Part shown: piece by piece, positions 1 to 7,890 of the stretch
Numbering within the stretch: the stretch's first letter is position 1
Layout: every line of letters begins with the position of its first letter
NCBI RefSeq assembly: GCF_019464535.1
Contig: NZ_CP080507.1
Coordinates: 960,001 to 992,000, forward strand
Reading direction: 5' to 3'
DNA from: Horticoccus luteus
Lineage (GTDB): Bacteria; Verrucomicrobiota; Verrucomicrobiia; Opitutales; Opitutaceae
DNA length: 32,000 nt
Notes under the pieces: generated by a model
Told to the model about the DNA's origin: nothing
What the model saw: the letters and a program-made list of their open reading frames with translations, nothing else
Databases searched by the model: none
Position numbers and translations under genes: made by a program

Positions 1-342
1 GCGAATTTCAAGCTCCGCCAAGGCCAGGTTGTGGGTTCCTTTGTGACCCTTCGTGGCAACAGCATGTGGGAATTTCTGCAGCGCCTCATCGCCGTCGCCC
101 TCCCGACCATCCGCGACTTTCGCGGAATCTCGCCGAAGCTTGATGGCCAGGGCAACTACAACTTGGGCGTGAGCGATCACACCATCTTCCCGGAGATCAC
201 GGTCGAGAACGTCAAAAAGCACATGGGTCTCGACATTACGATCGTGACCACAGCGCTGAACGATGACGAAGGCCGGGAACTTCTCCGCCTCCTCGGCATG
301 CCTTTCCGGCGCACCGAGCCGGCCAAAGTCGCCGCCGCTTAA
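1..342 (+). CDS. rplE: 50S ribosomal protein L5, C-terminal part (5' end outside window)
   Basis: Frame 1 is open from the window edge. Translation ..[53 protein letters not shown].. matches the conserved L5 C-terminal half. TAA at 340-342. Lies upstream of rpsN-rpsH as in spc operons. Confidence 0.9.
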   Translation, partial: ANFKLRQGQVVGSFVTLRGNSMWEFLQRLIAVALPTIRDFRGISPKLDGQGNYNLGVSDHTIFPEITVENVKKHMGLDITIVTTALNDDEGRELLRLLGMPFRRTEPAKVAAA

Positions 343-436
343 ACTCCTTCGATCTTGGATGTGGATATGGAATGACGCGCTCGCGCCGATGAATTCCGCA
401 GCCTGAAGATCTGAATATCAAAATCTAAAGCCGAAA

Positions 437-742
437 ATGCCCAAGACATCCGCCATCGAACGCAATAAAAAGCGCGTCCGACTCTCCGAAAAGTTCAAAG
501 CCAAGCGCGCCGAGTTGAAAGCGCTGCTTGTGAATCCGAAAGCCACCGACGAGGAATTTTTTGCCGCGCAAAAGAGCCTCCAGAAGTTGCCGCGCAACTC
601 GTCCAAGACGCGCATTCGGAATCGTTGCTCTCTCAGCGGTCGCCCCCGCGGCTATATCGGTCACTTTGGCGTTTCCCGTATCACGTTTCGCGAACTGGCC
701 CTGGCGGGCAAGATTCCCGGCGTCATCAAATCCTCCTGGTAA
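437..742 (+). CDS. rpsN: 30S ribosomal protein S14 (long, non-zinc form, 101 aa)
   Basis: ATG 437. [13 protein letters not shown]...[41 protein letters not shown] is the canonical S14 pattern. spc-operon order. Confidence 0.95.
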   Translation: MPKTSAIERNKKRVRLSEKFKAKRAELKALLVNPKATDEEFFAAQKSLQKLPRNSSKTRIRNRCSLSGRPRGYIGHFGVSRITFRELALAGKIPGVIKSSW

Positions 743-802
743 ACACTTTGGCTCACGGGGGTCGGATATGACCCGCGCGCCGTAATTTAGAAAACATCCA
801 TC

Positions 803-1195
803 ATGACTGACCCGATTAGTGATTTCCTTACGCGCCTGCGTAATGCCAGCAAAGCCCGTCTCGACGAGTGCGTTTCGCCGCACTCCGTGATGAAGGAGTC
901 GATTGCTGCCATCCTCAAGAACGAGGGCTACGTAACCGACCTTTCGACGGGCACCGATGCCCAAGGGCACAAGACACTCATCGTGAAGATGAAGTATTCG
1001 AACGGGGCCCCGGTTTTGACTGCGTTGAATCGCGTGTCGACGCCCGGCCGCCGTCTCTACTATCGGTATACGGAAATTCCGCGCGTCTTGAATGGCTTGG
1101 GTATCAGCATCCTTTCGACATCGAAAGGCCTGCTGAAGGACGCTGACTGCCGCCGCGAAAAAGCGGGTGGCGAGCTGATTTGCAACGTTTGGTAA
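803..1195 (+). CDS. rpsH: 30S ribosomal protein S8
   Basis: MTDPISDFLTRLRNAS...ILSTSKGLL...GGELICNVW is the typical S8 N- and C-terminus. Synteny. Confidence 0.95.
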   Translation: MTDPISDFLTRLRNASKARLDECVSPHSVMKESIAAILKNEGYVTDLSTGTDAQGHKTLIVKMKYSNGAPVLTALNRVSTPGRRLYYRYTEIPRVLNGLGISILSTSKGLLKDADCRREKAGGELICNVW

Positions 1196-1208
1196 GGAGC
1201 GCACTTCC

Positions 1209-1754
1209 ATGAGCCGCATTGGCAAACAACCCGTTTTAATTCCCGCCAAGGTCAAGGTCGCCGTCAAGGATGGCACCGTGAATGTGGAGGGCCCCAAAGG
1301 CAAAGTGTCGAAGCTGTTCGCCGATGCCGTGAAAGTCACCGTCGCTGACGGCAAGGTTACCTTCGCCCCGACTGAGGACACACGTTTTTCGAAAGCGATG
1401 TATGGCACCGCGCGTTCGATCGTCGCCGGCATGGTCAAAGGTGTGAGCGAAGGCTTCGCCAAGGACCTCGAAATTCAAGGCGTCGGTTTCAAGGCTGTCC
1501 TCAAGGGCAAAGAGCTCGACCTTTCGCTTGGCTATTCGCATCCGGTGATCATGGAAATCCCCGAAGGGATCAAAATCACCATCGCGGACGGCACTCGCGT
1601 CCGTGTCGAGGGCTGCGATAAGCAGCTCGTTGGCGCGGTGACCGCCGAGATCCGCAGTTATTACCCGCCGGAGCCTTACAAGGGCAAGGGCGTGCGCATT
1701 GTGGGCGAGCATGCTGAACGCGTTCGCCGCAAGGAAGGCAAGACCGTCGCTTAA
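1209..1754 (+). CDS. rplF: 50S ribosomal protein L6
   Basis: MSRIGKQPVLIPAKVKV...VEGPKGKVS...YKGKGVRIVGE..RRKEGK are L6 hallmarks. Synteny. Confidence 0.95.
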   Translation: MSRIGKQPVLIPAKVKVAVKDGTVNVEGPKGKVSKLFADAVKVTVADGKVTFAPTEDTRFSKAMYGTARSIVAGMVKGVSEGFAKDLEIQGVGFKAVLKGKELDLSLGYSHPVIMEIPEGIKITIADGTRVRVEGCDKQLVGAVTAEIRSYYPPEPYKGKGVRIVGEHAERVRRKEGKTVA

Positions 1755-1781
1755 GGCGCTCTATCAATAAAGGCCGATACC

Positions 1782-2144
1782 ATGAATACTGTTCGTAAAG
1801 CCGATCTCCTTCAAAAACGTCGCTGGCGCATCCGCAAAAAAGTCGGTGGCACCGCCGCGCGTCCCCGCCTCAGCGTGCGTTTCACCTCGAAACACGTCTA
1901 CGCCCAAGCGATCAACGACGATGCCGGCACGACGCTGGTGTTTCTCTCGAGTCTCGATGCCGAACTGCGGCAGAAGAAGCTCCAAGCCAACCTCGCCAGC
2001 GCAAAAACTCTCGGCTTGGCCTTCGCGGCCAAGGCCAAAGCTGCTGGCATCAATTCCGTCGTGTTCGATCGCTCCGGCGCTCCTTACCACGGTAAAGTTA
2101 AAGTTTTCGCTGATGCCGCCCGCGAAGGTGGGCTGGCGTTTTAA
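1782..2144 (+). CDS. rplR: 50S ribosomal protein L18
   Basis: [35 protein letters not shown]...[27 protein letters not shown] is the L18 pattern. Synteny. Confidence 0.95.
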   Translation: MNTVRKADLLQKRRWRIRKKVGGTAARPRLSVRFTSKHVYAQAINDDAGTTLVFLSSLDAELRQKKLQANLASAKTLGLAFAAKAKAAGINSVVFDRSGAPYHGKVKVFADAAREGGLAF

Positions 2145-2152
2145 TCCGAGCC

Positions 2153-2773
2153 ATGAGCACTGAATCTACTTCCCCCGCCACTGAAGCCGCCGCGCCCGCC
2201 GCGACGCCCGCTTCTCATCCGTCACCCGCGCCGTCCCGTTCCTACGGTGGCCAGCGTTCTGGCCAACGCCGCGATGGCGGTCGCCGCGAACAACGTCGTG
2301 ACGAACCTTCCGTCCCGGGCATGCTGGAGAAGGTCGTTTTCATCAATCGTTGTGCCAAGGTCGTTAAAGGCGGCCGTCGGTTCTCCTTTGCCGCTCTCGC
2401 CGTCGTCGGTGATGGCAAGGGCAAGGTGGGCATCGGTTACGGCAAGGCCAACGAAGTGCCCGACGCCATTAAAAAGGGTACGGCCAACGCGCATAAGCAC
2501 CTCGTCAGCGTGAAGTTGAAAGGCGACACGATTCCGCACGATGTCTTCGGCGAATACGATGGTGGCCGCGTTCTCTTGCGTCCCGCCACGTCCGGCACGG
2601 GCTTGATCGCCGGTGGCGCCGTTCGCGCTGTGCTCGAGGCTGCGGGTGTGAAAAACGTTCTCACCAAGTCGATGGGTTCGAACAATCACATCGCGGTCGT
2701 CCACGCCACCCTCCACGCTCTCCAGCAGTTGCGCCTGAAGGCCGATATCAAGGTTCTTCGCCAAGCAAGCTGA
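2153..2773 (+). CDS. rpsE: 30S ribosomal protein S5 with about 50-aa low-complexity N-terminal extension
   Basis: The core [52 protein letters not shown] matches S5. It is preceded by an A/P/S/R-rich stretch. The only ATG in this position is 2153. Confidence 0.93.
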   Translation: MSTESTSPATEAAAPAATPASHPSPAPSRSYGGQRSGQRRDGGRREQRRDEPSVPGMLEKVVFINRCAKVVKGGRRFSFAALAVVGDGKGKVGIGYGKANEVPDAIKKGTANAHKHLVSVKLKGDTIPHDVFGEYDGGRVLLRPATSGTGLIAGGAVRAVLEAAGVKNVLTKSMGSNNHIAVVHATLHALQQLRLKADIKVLRQAS

Positions 2774-2856
2774 GCAGATTTTAATCCGAGTTCCATCGTC
2801 TCTCGTTGAGCGTTTTACGCTCCGAGACGGGTGGGGCGCCCAAAATTAGGAAAACT

Positions 2857-3303
2857 ATGAGACTCCACGAACTTAAGAACGTCGCCGGTGCGGTGCATCG
2901 CAAGAAGCGCGTCGGCTGCGGCGAAGGCGGCGGCCACGGCAAGACCAGCGGTCGCGGCGGTAAAGGCCAGAGCGCCCGCTCGGGTAGCAGCATCCGCCCC
3001 GGTTTCGAAGGCGGCCAGATGCCGCTTTACCGTAAACTGCCGCATCGCGGTTTTAATCAAGCGGCTTTCCGGGTCGAACCGGCCATTGTGAATGTGGGCG
3101 ACCTCGAGTCTCTCGACGCTTCAATCACCGAGATCAATCTTGAGGTGCTCGGCGCCAACGGTCTGGTCCGACGCGACGAGAAGCTGCTCAAGGTTCTGGG
3201 CAATGGCGAAATCAGCCGCGCCCTCAAGGTCACCGCTCAAAAGTTTTCGGAGTCGGCGAAAGCCAAAATCGAAAAAGCCGGCGGTCAGGCGATCGTCGCC
3301 TGA
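2857..3303 (+). CDS. rplO: 50S ribosomal protein L15
   Basis: The track ORF starts at 2806, but the conserved L15 N-terminus MRLHELKNVAGAVHRKKRVGCGEGGGHGKTSGRGGKGQ starts at ATG 2857, preceded by AGGAAAA. Synteny. Confidence 0.9.
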   Translation: MRLHELKNVAGAVHRKKRVGCGEGGGHGKTSGRGGKGQSARSGSSIRPGFEGGQMPLYRKLPHRGFNQAAFRVEPAIVNVGDLESLDASITEINLEVLGANGLVRRDEKLLKVLGNGEISRALKVTAQKFSESAKAKIEKAGGQAIVA

Positions 3304-3308
3304 GTCGG

Positions 3309-3330
3309 GCAGCGCAGCGCGCTGCGCTGC
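3309..3330. repeat. Perfect 22-nt palindrome GCAGCGCAGCGCGCTGCGCTGC in the rplO-secY spacer
   Basis: Read directly: the first 11 nt are the reverse complement of the last 11. It begins 6 nt after the rplO stop. It shares the 12-mer CGCAGCGCGCTG with 15381-15392. Confidence 0.9.
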
Positions 3331-3370
3331 TGGTCACTCGTTCCTCCACTCGCCACTCGCACTTCTTATC

Positions 3371-4873
3371 GTGTTCTCCGCTTTCACGAACTCCCTGAAA
3401 ATCCCTGAGCTGCGCTCCCGGATTTTTTACACGTTTGCCCTCCTGTTTGTGGCTCGTGTCGGCGCGCATATCCCGTTGCCTGGCATCGACCCGCACCCGC
3501 TCGAAAACTTCTTCCGCGACCAGTCCGCGGGTGGGGCGGGCGCTTTGGTTGGCCTCTACAACATGTTCACCGGCGGCGCGCTGGTGAAGGGCGCCGTCTG
3601 CGCGCTCGGCATTATGCCGTATATCAGTGCGTCCATCATCTTTCAGTTGATGACCGCCGTGGTGCCGACGCTCAGCCGTTTGCAACAGGAAGGCGATGTC
3701 GGGCGTCAGAAGCTGACGCAATACATGCGCTATGCGACCGTGCTGATCTGCATCGTGCAGGGCGCTTTGTTGATTCTGGCTTTGGAGAATCCCGGCAAAC
3801 TATTTCCCGGTTACGATATCAATACGTACGGCGCGATCGTTATGACGGGGCAGATCGGGTTTCTCATTACTTCCGTGCTCTATATGACGGCGGGCACATT
3901 GATGCTAATGTGGCTTGGCGAGCAGATCACGCAGCGCGGAATCGGAAACGGTGTTTCCCTCCTGATCACCGTGGGCATTTTGGCGGACATTCCGGGCGCA
4001 GCGGCGCAGACGTATCATTTGTTTGTGCGACCCATTGGCACCGGCCCCACGTTGGGAGCACCCCAAGCGGTGATCATGATCATCCTCTTTTTCTTGGTTA
4101 TCATGGGCATCGTCATGGTCGTCCAAGGCCAGCGCAAAATTCCCGTGCAGTACGCCAAGCGCGTAGTGGGAAACAAGGTGATGGGTGGGCAAAGCTCATT
4201 TCTTCCTTTGAAGGTGAATTATTCGGGTGTCATGCCCGTCATCTTCGCGAGTGCAATTCTCCTCTTTCCGCAACAAATCCTTTCGCAGCTCGGCGCGGCG
4301 CTGAATATTAAATACCTCGGCGAATTTGCTGAGAATCTGCTGCGCGGTAACTGGGTCTATTACGTGCTGATGGGGACCTTGATCCTGTTTTTCAGCTATT
4401 TTTGGGTCTCTGTGATGTTCAAACCGATCCAGGTCGCCGATGATTTGAAGAAATACGGCGGCTATATCCCTGGCGTTCGCCCGGGGGAGCCGACGGCGCA
4501 GTTTCTCGATTTTATCATGACGCGCCTCACGTTGGCTGGCGCGATCTTCCTGACCATCATCGCGGTGATGCCCGACGTCTTGCTGTTCGAGCTGCATGTC
4601 CCGGCGCGTATCGCCTACTTTTTCGGCGGCACCGGCATGCTGATCACGGTGGGCGTCATCCTCGATACGATGCGGCAGATTGAAACCTACCTGCTGCAGC
4701 GCCACTACGATGGCTTTCTCCGTAAAGGTCGCGTGCGTGCTCGTAGTAGCAACGCTCTCGCCGTCTCCAGCGATGCGGTGAGCTCCGAAGCGCTGATGAA
4801 GCTCGGGATTCCGCTGATCGGCCTCTTTCTCATCGGCCTCGTCGCGTGGGCGATTCGCCATTGGGCATTTTAA
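3371..4873 (+). CDS. secY: Preprotein translocase subunit SecY (500 aa, with C-terminal extension)
   Basis: Track ORF 3092..4873 overlaps rplO. The conserved SecY N-terminus (FSAFTNSLKIPELRSRIFYTFALLFVARVGAHIPLPGID) begins at in-frame GTG 3371. Multi-TM translation throughout. Synteny after rplO. Confidence 0.9.
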   Translation: MFSAFTNSLKIPELRSRIFYTFALLFVARVGAHIPLPGIDPHPLENFFRDQSAGGAGALVGLYNMFTGGALVKGAVCALGIMPYISASIIFQLMTAVVPTLSRLQQEGDVGRQKLTQYMRYATVLICIVQGALLILALENPGKLFPGYDINTYGAIVMTGQIGFLITSVLYMTAGTLMLMWLGEQITQRGIGNGVSLLITVGILADIPGAAAQTYHLFVRPIGTGPTLGAPQAVIMIILFFLVIMGIVMVVQGQRKIPVQYAKRVVGNKVMGGQSSFLPLKVNYSGVMPVIFASAILLFPQQILSQLGAALNIKYLGEFAENLLRGNWVYYVLMGTLILFFSYFWVSVMFKPIQVADDLKKYGGYIPGVRPGEPTAQFLDFIMTRLTLAGAIFLTIIAVMPDVLLFELHVPARIAYFFGGTGMLITVGVILDTMRQIETYLLQRHYDGFLRKGRVRARSSNALAVSSDAVSSEALMKLGIPLIGLFLIGLVAWAIRHWAF

Positions 4874-4888
4874 TGCTTTACTCCGGTC

Positions 4889-5329
4889 GTGAGGCATGAC
4901 ATCTCCGACCCTTTCGCGATTTCCAGCCTCACGGCGAAATCCAAGTTCCTTCTCCTCGGTTCACCAGATTGTCTGCCAGTCGAAATGATGAACCGGGTTC
5001 GTTCTTTGAATATTGAGCACGTCTCTCCCGCTGAATTGATGCGGCAGGAGATTTCACGCCGATCGCCCGCTGCGAAAGCAAACGGTGATGCCTCCCTGAC
5101 GCTTATGCGCCGGTGGTTCTGGGCGCGCAAACCTGATGCGGGTTTTGTCCTAACCGACTTCCCGGCTACGCTGCTCCAAGCCAAAGTTTTCGATGAATGG
5201 CTCGATACGCGCAATGAAGCGCTCGATGCCGTGTGGGTGTGTCCCGGATTGAATCTGGCGACGGCGCTCGTCGACTACTACCGCGATCTCGGCGTCCTTC
5301 GCGACGCCGGCACTTCCTTCGCCGCATGA
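4889..5329 (+). CDS. Adenylate-kinase-like protein, degenerate (no P-loop Gly-Lys, no GFPR arginine, no LID); possible relic
   Basis: Occupies the adk slot between secY and map. KFLLLGSPDCLPVE, GFVLTDFPATLLQA and VDYYRDLGVLRDAG align to Adk landmarks but catalytic residues are replaced. GTG start. The stop overlaps the map ATG (ATGA 5326-5329). Confidence 0.55.
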   Translation: MRHDISDPFAISSLTAKSKFLLLGSPDCLPVEMMNRVRSLNIEHVSPAELMRQEISRRSPAAKANGDASLTLMRRWFWARKPDAGFVLTDFPATLLQAKVFDEWLDTRNEALDAVWVCPGLNLATALVDYYRDLGVLRDAGTSFAA

Positions 5330-6117
5330 CGATTCCGATCAAAGATGACCGGGCCATCGCCCGGATGCGGGAGTCGTGTCGAATCGCGGCCAACGTTCTT
5401 CACGAGTTGAAAGCGCTGGTTCGGCCTGGCATCAGCACGCAGGATTTGGAGGAAGCCGGTCGGTTGGCGATCAACCGCTGCGGAGCTCGGAGCGCCTGTT
5501 ACGGCTACCAGCTCGGTTCGCGGCGTTATCCGGCCCACACCTGCATTTCGGTGAACGAAGAAGTTGTTCACGGAATTCCGTCCCTGCGTCGCATTCTTCA
5601 CGACGGCGACATCGTTTCGATCGATATCGTCGTGAGTTATGAAGGCTACATTGGCGACAATGCCGGCACCGTTGCCGTCGGTCTCGTGGATCCCGCAGTC
5701 GGCGATCTTTTGCGCGTCACCCAAGAAGCCCTGCAGCTGGGTATCGCACAGGCGGTGATCGGTAATCGCATCGGCGATATTTCCTTCGCTGTTCAGCAGT
5801 TCGTGGAACGCCACGGTTTCAGCGTTGTTCGCGACATGGTCGGCCACGGGGTTGGAGTGTCGATGCATGAGCCGCCGGAGGTCCCGAATTTCGGGCGACG
5901 CGGCACCGGCGATAAGATCCGCGCCGGCATGACGTTGGCGATTGAGCCCATGGTAAATCTCGGCTCCTATCGGACGAAAACGCTCGGCGACGGGTGGACT
6001 GTCGTCACGGCCGATGCATCGCCCTCGGCTCATTTCGAACACACGGTGCTCACGACCGAACACGGACCAGAAATCCTTACACTTCCCACTTTGCTCCCGG
6101 CGCCTTCAGCGACCTGA
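5326..6117 (+). CDS. map: Type I methionine aminopeptidase
   Basis: The conserved start MTIPIKDDRAIARMRESCRIAANVL is at ATG 5326; the track ORF starts upstream at 5233. Metal-ligand motifs DIVSIDIVV, GHGVG, LAIEPM and HFEHTV are present. Synteny. Confidence 0.93.
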   Translation: MTIPIKDDRAIARMRESCRIAANVLHELKALVRPGISTQDLEEAGRLAINRCGARSACYGYQLGSRRYPAHTCISVNEEVVHGIPSLRRILHDGDIVSIDIVVSYEGYIGDNAGTVAVGLVDPAVGDLLRVTQEALQLGIAQAVIGNRIGDISFAVQQFVERHGFSVVRDMVGHGVGVSMHEPPEVPNFGRRGTGDKIRAGMTLAIEPMVNLGSYRTKTLGDGWTVVTADASPSAHFEHTVLTTEHGPEILTLPTLLPAPSAT

Positions 6118-6163
6118 GCGTCCTATTTTCACTTTTTAACTTACAACTCTTAACCTAACCACC

Positions 6164-6544
6164 ATGCCACGTCTCCTCGGTGTCGATATTCCCGCGAAAA
6201 AGAAAGTCGCGTATTCCCTCCGTTACATCAACGGCATCGGGCCTGCCCGTGCCGATTTCCTCGTTGAAGAGGTCGGGCTGAACCCCGACATGCGCGCGCA
6301 GGATCTGACGGAGGAGCAGCTCAACAAGATCCTCCAGGTGATCACCGAGCACAAATGGGTGCTCGAAGGCGATCTCCGACGTGAACTGGCGGCTAATTTG
6401 AAGCGCCTTCAGGCGATCAATTGCTATCGCGGTATCCGTCACCGTCGCAGCTTGCCCGTCCGCGGTCAGCGGACCAGCACCAACGCCCGCACCCGTAAAG
6501 GGCCGCGCAAGACCGTTGGTGTCACGAAGGCGAAAGAAGCATAA
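6164..6544 (+). CDS. rpsM: 30S ribosomal protein S13
   Basis: [30 protein letters not shown]...[30 protein letters not shown] is canonical S13. Confidence 0.95.
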   Translation: MPRLLGVDIPAKKKVAYSLRYINGIGPARADFLVEEVGLNPDMRAQDLTEEQLNKILQVITEHKWVLEGDLRRELAANLKRLQAINCYRGIRHRRSLPVRGQRTSTNARTRKGPRKTVGVTKAKEA

Positions 6545-6556
6545 TCCTTTAATCCC

Positions 6557-7180
6557 ATGGCCGAAGAAAAGTCCGTTCCTAAGAAAGAAAAGGCGCCGAA
6601 GAAAATCGACGCTCCCGCTGCGGTCGGCGCTGAAACCGCCGCGCCCGCGGAAAAGCCGGCTCGCGCGCCCAAGGCACCCAAGCCCGCTGCCGATGGCACC
6701 GAAGCTCCGGCGGCCCCCGTCGAGCAAAAGCCCGTTGAACTTATCGGCGGCGTCGCCAAGCAGCCGACCGCTGAGGATCTTCTCAAGGAGGAGCTGGGCG
6801 CGATCAAGATTCGCAAGGCCAAGGGTTCGAAGAATGTTTCGTCCGGGGTCGTCAACGTCCTCGCTTCCTTCAACAACACGATCGTTTCGATCACTGACCC
6901 CAAGGGACAGGTGATCGCGTGGTCGAGTGCCGGTAAGTGCAACTTCCGGGGCTCCCGCAAATCGACCGCCTACGCTGCCCAAGTCGTCGCTCAAGACGCC
7001 GCGCGCAATGCCATGGCTCACGGTTTGAAGGACGTCGTGATTCGCGTATCAGGCCCTGGTTTGGGCCGCGACAGTGCCGTGCGTGCGCTGCAAGCGATCG
7101 GCCTCGAGATCACCTCGATTGTCGACGTCACTCCGATTCCCCACAACGGCTGCCGTCCGCGCAAACGCCGCCGCGTCTAA
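6557..7180 (+). CDS. rpsK: 30S ribosomal protein S11 with about 78-aa A/P/K/E-rich N-terminal extension
   Basis: The core [26 protein letters not shown]...RKSTAYAAQ...[13 protein letters not shown] matches S11. There is no in-frame ATG between 6557 and the core. ATG 6557 lies 12 nt after the rpsM stop. Confidence 0.9.
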   Translation: MAEEKSVPKKEKAPKKIDAPAAVGAETAAPAEKPARAPKAPKPAADGTEAPAAPVEQKPVELIGGVAKQPTAEDLLKEELGAIKIRKAKGSKNVSSGVVNVLASFNNTIVSITDPKGQVIAWSSAGKCNFRGSRKSTAYAAQVVAQDAARNAMAHGLKDVVIRVSGPGLGRDSAVRALQAIGLEITSIVDVTPIPHNGCRPRKRRRV

Positions 7181-7231
7181 GTCAGCCGGCATCCTCGTCT
7201 CTCGTCTCCGTCACCCGATATCTTTACTACA

Positions 7232-7843
7232 ATGGCTCGTTATACCGGTCCAACCACCCGCATCAGCCGTCGCTTTGGCCAGCATCTTCTCGGCTCTGCC
7301 AAGGCGCTGGAGCGCCGCAACTATCCCCCGGGTCAGCACGGCCCGAAATCCCGCCGCAAGTTTTCCGAATATGCCGTTGGGCTCAACGAAAAGCAGAAGC
7401 TGCGTTATCTCTACGGCCTGCTGGAGCGCCAGTTTCGTCGCGTGTTCGAGATCGCGAAGAACGAACGTGGTGTCACCGGCGAGCGCTTCATGCAGCTGCT
7501 GGAGACGCGCCTCGACAGCGTCGTTTATCTCTTGGGCTTTGCGAAAAGCCGTGCCGCCGCCCGTCAGTTCGTCAATCACGGCCACGTTCGCGTGAACGGC
7601 CATAAGGTCGACATCGCCAGCTACAGCGTCTTGCCGGGGGATGAGATCGAGATCAAAAACTCGCCCGCTTCCCGCCAATACGCGACGCGCAATCTCGAGG
7701 AGAATCGCATTCGCACCGTTCCCGGCTGGCTGACGCTTAACGCCGAGGCGTTCAAGGCGGTCATGCAACGCCTACCCAATCGCGACGAGATGGATCAGAC
7801 TATCAACGAACAGTTGATCGTCGAATTCTACTCCCGCTTCTGA
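7232..7843 (+). CDS. rpsD: 30S ribosomal protein S4
   Basis: MARYTGPTTRISRRFG...YPPGQHG...LRYLYGLLERQFRR...LETRLDSVVY is canonical S4. Confidence 0.95.
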   Translation: MARYTGPTTRISRRFGQHLLGSAKALERRNYPPGQHGPKSRRKFSEYAVGLNEKQKLRYLYGLLERQFRRVFEIAKNERGVTGERFMQLLETRLDSVVYLLGFAKSRAAARQFVNHGHVRVNGHKVDIASYSVLPGDEIEIKNSPASRQYATRNLEENRIRTVPGWLTLNAEAFKAVMQRLPNRDEMDQTINEQLIVEFYSRF

Positions 7844-7890
7844 TTCCATCCCAGCCTCACAATCTTTCGCGACTTCCGCTCCTTCCTGCC

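Noticed and set aside
359-406. 15-codon mini-ORF (MWIWNDALAPMNSAA) in the 94-nt rplE-rpsN spacer
   Set aside because: It is too short, shows no supporting signal, and could arise by chance. There is no basis to call it a leader peptide.
425-1462. 345-aa ORF on the - strand spanning rpsN-rpsH-rplF
   Set aside because: It is antisense to three strongly conserved ribosomal-protein genes. The translation is Ala/Arg/Gly-rich with no recognisable motifs. This is a typical shadow ORF of GC-rich DNA.
2806-2856. 17-codon upstream extension of rplO
   Set aside because: The conserved L15 N-terminus (MRLHELK..) starts at ATG 2857, which has an AGGA-type motif just upstream.
3092-3370. Upstream 93-codon extension of the secY ORF
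   Set aside because: It overlaps the 3' part of rplO in another frame, and the translation (..RSRRKPKSKKPAVRRSS..) is not SecY-like. The conserved SecY N-terminus begins at GTG 3371.
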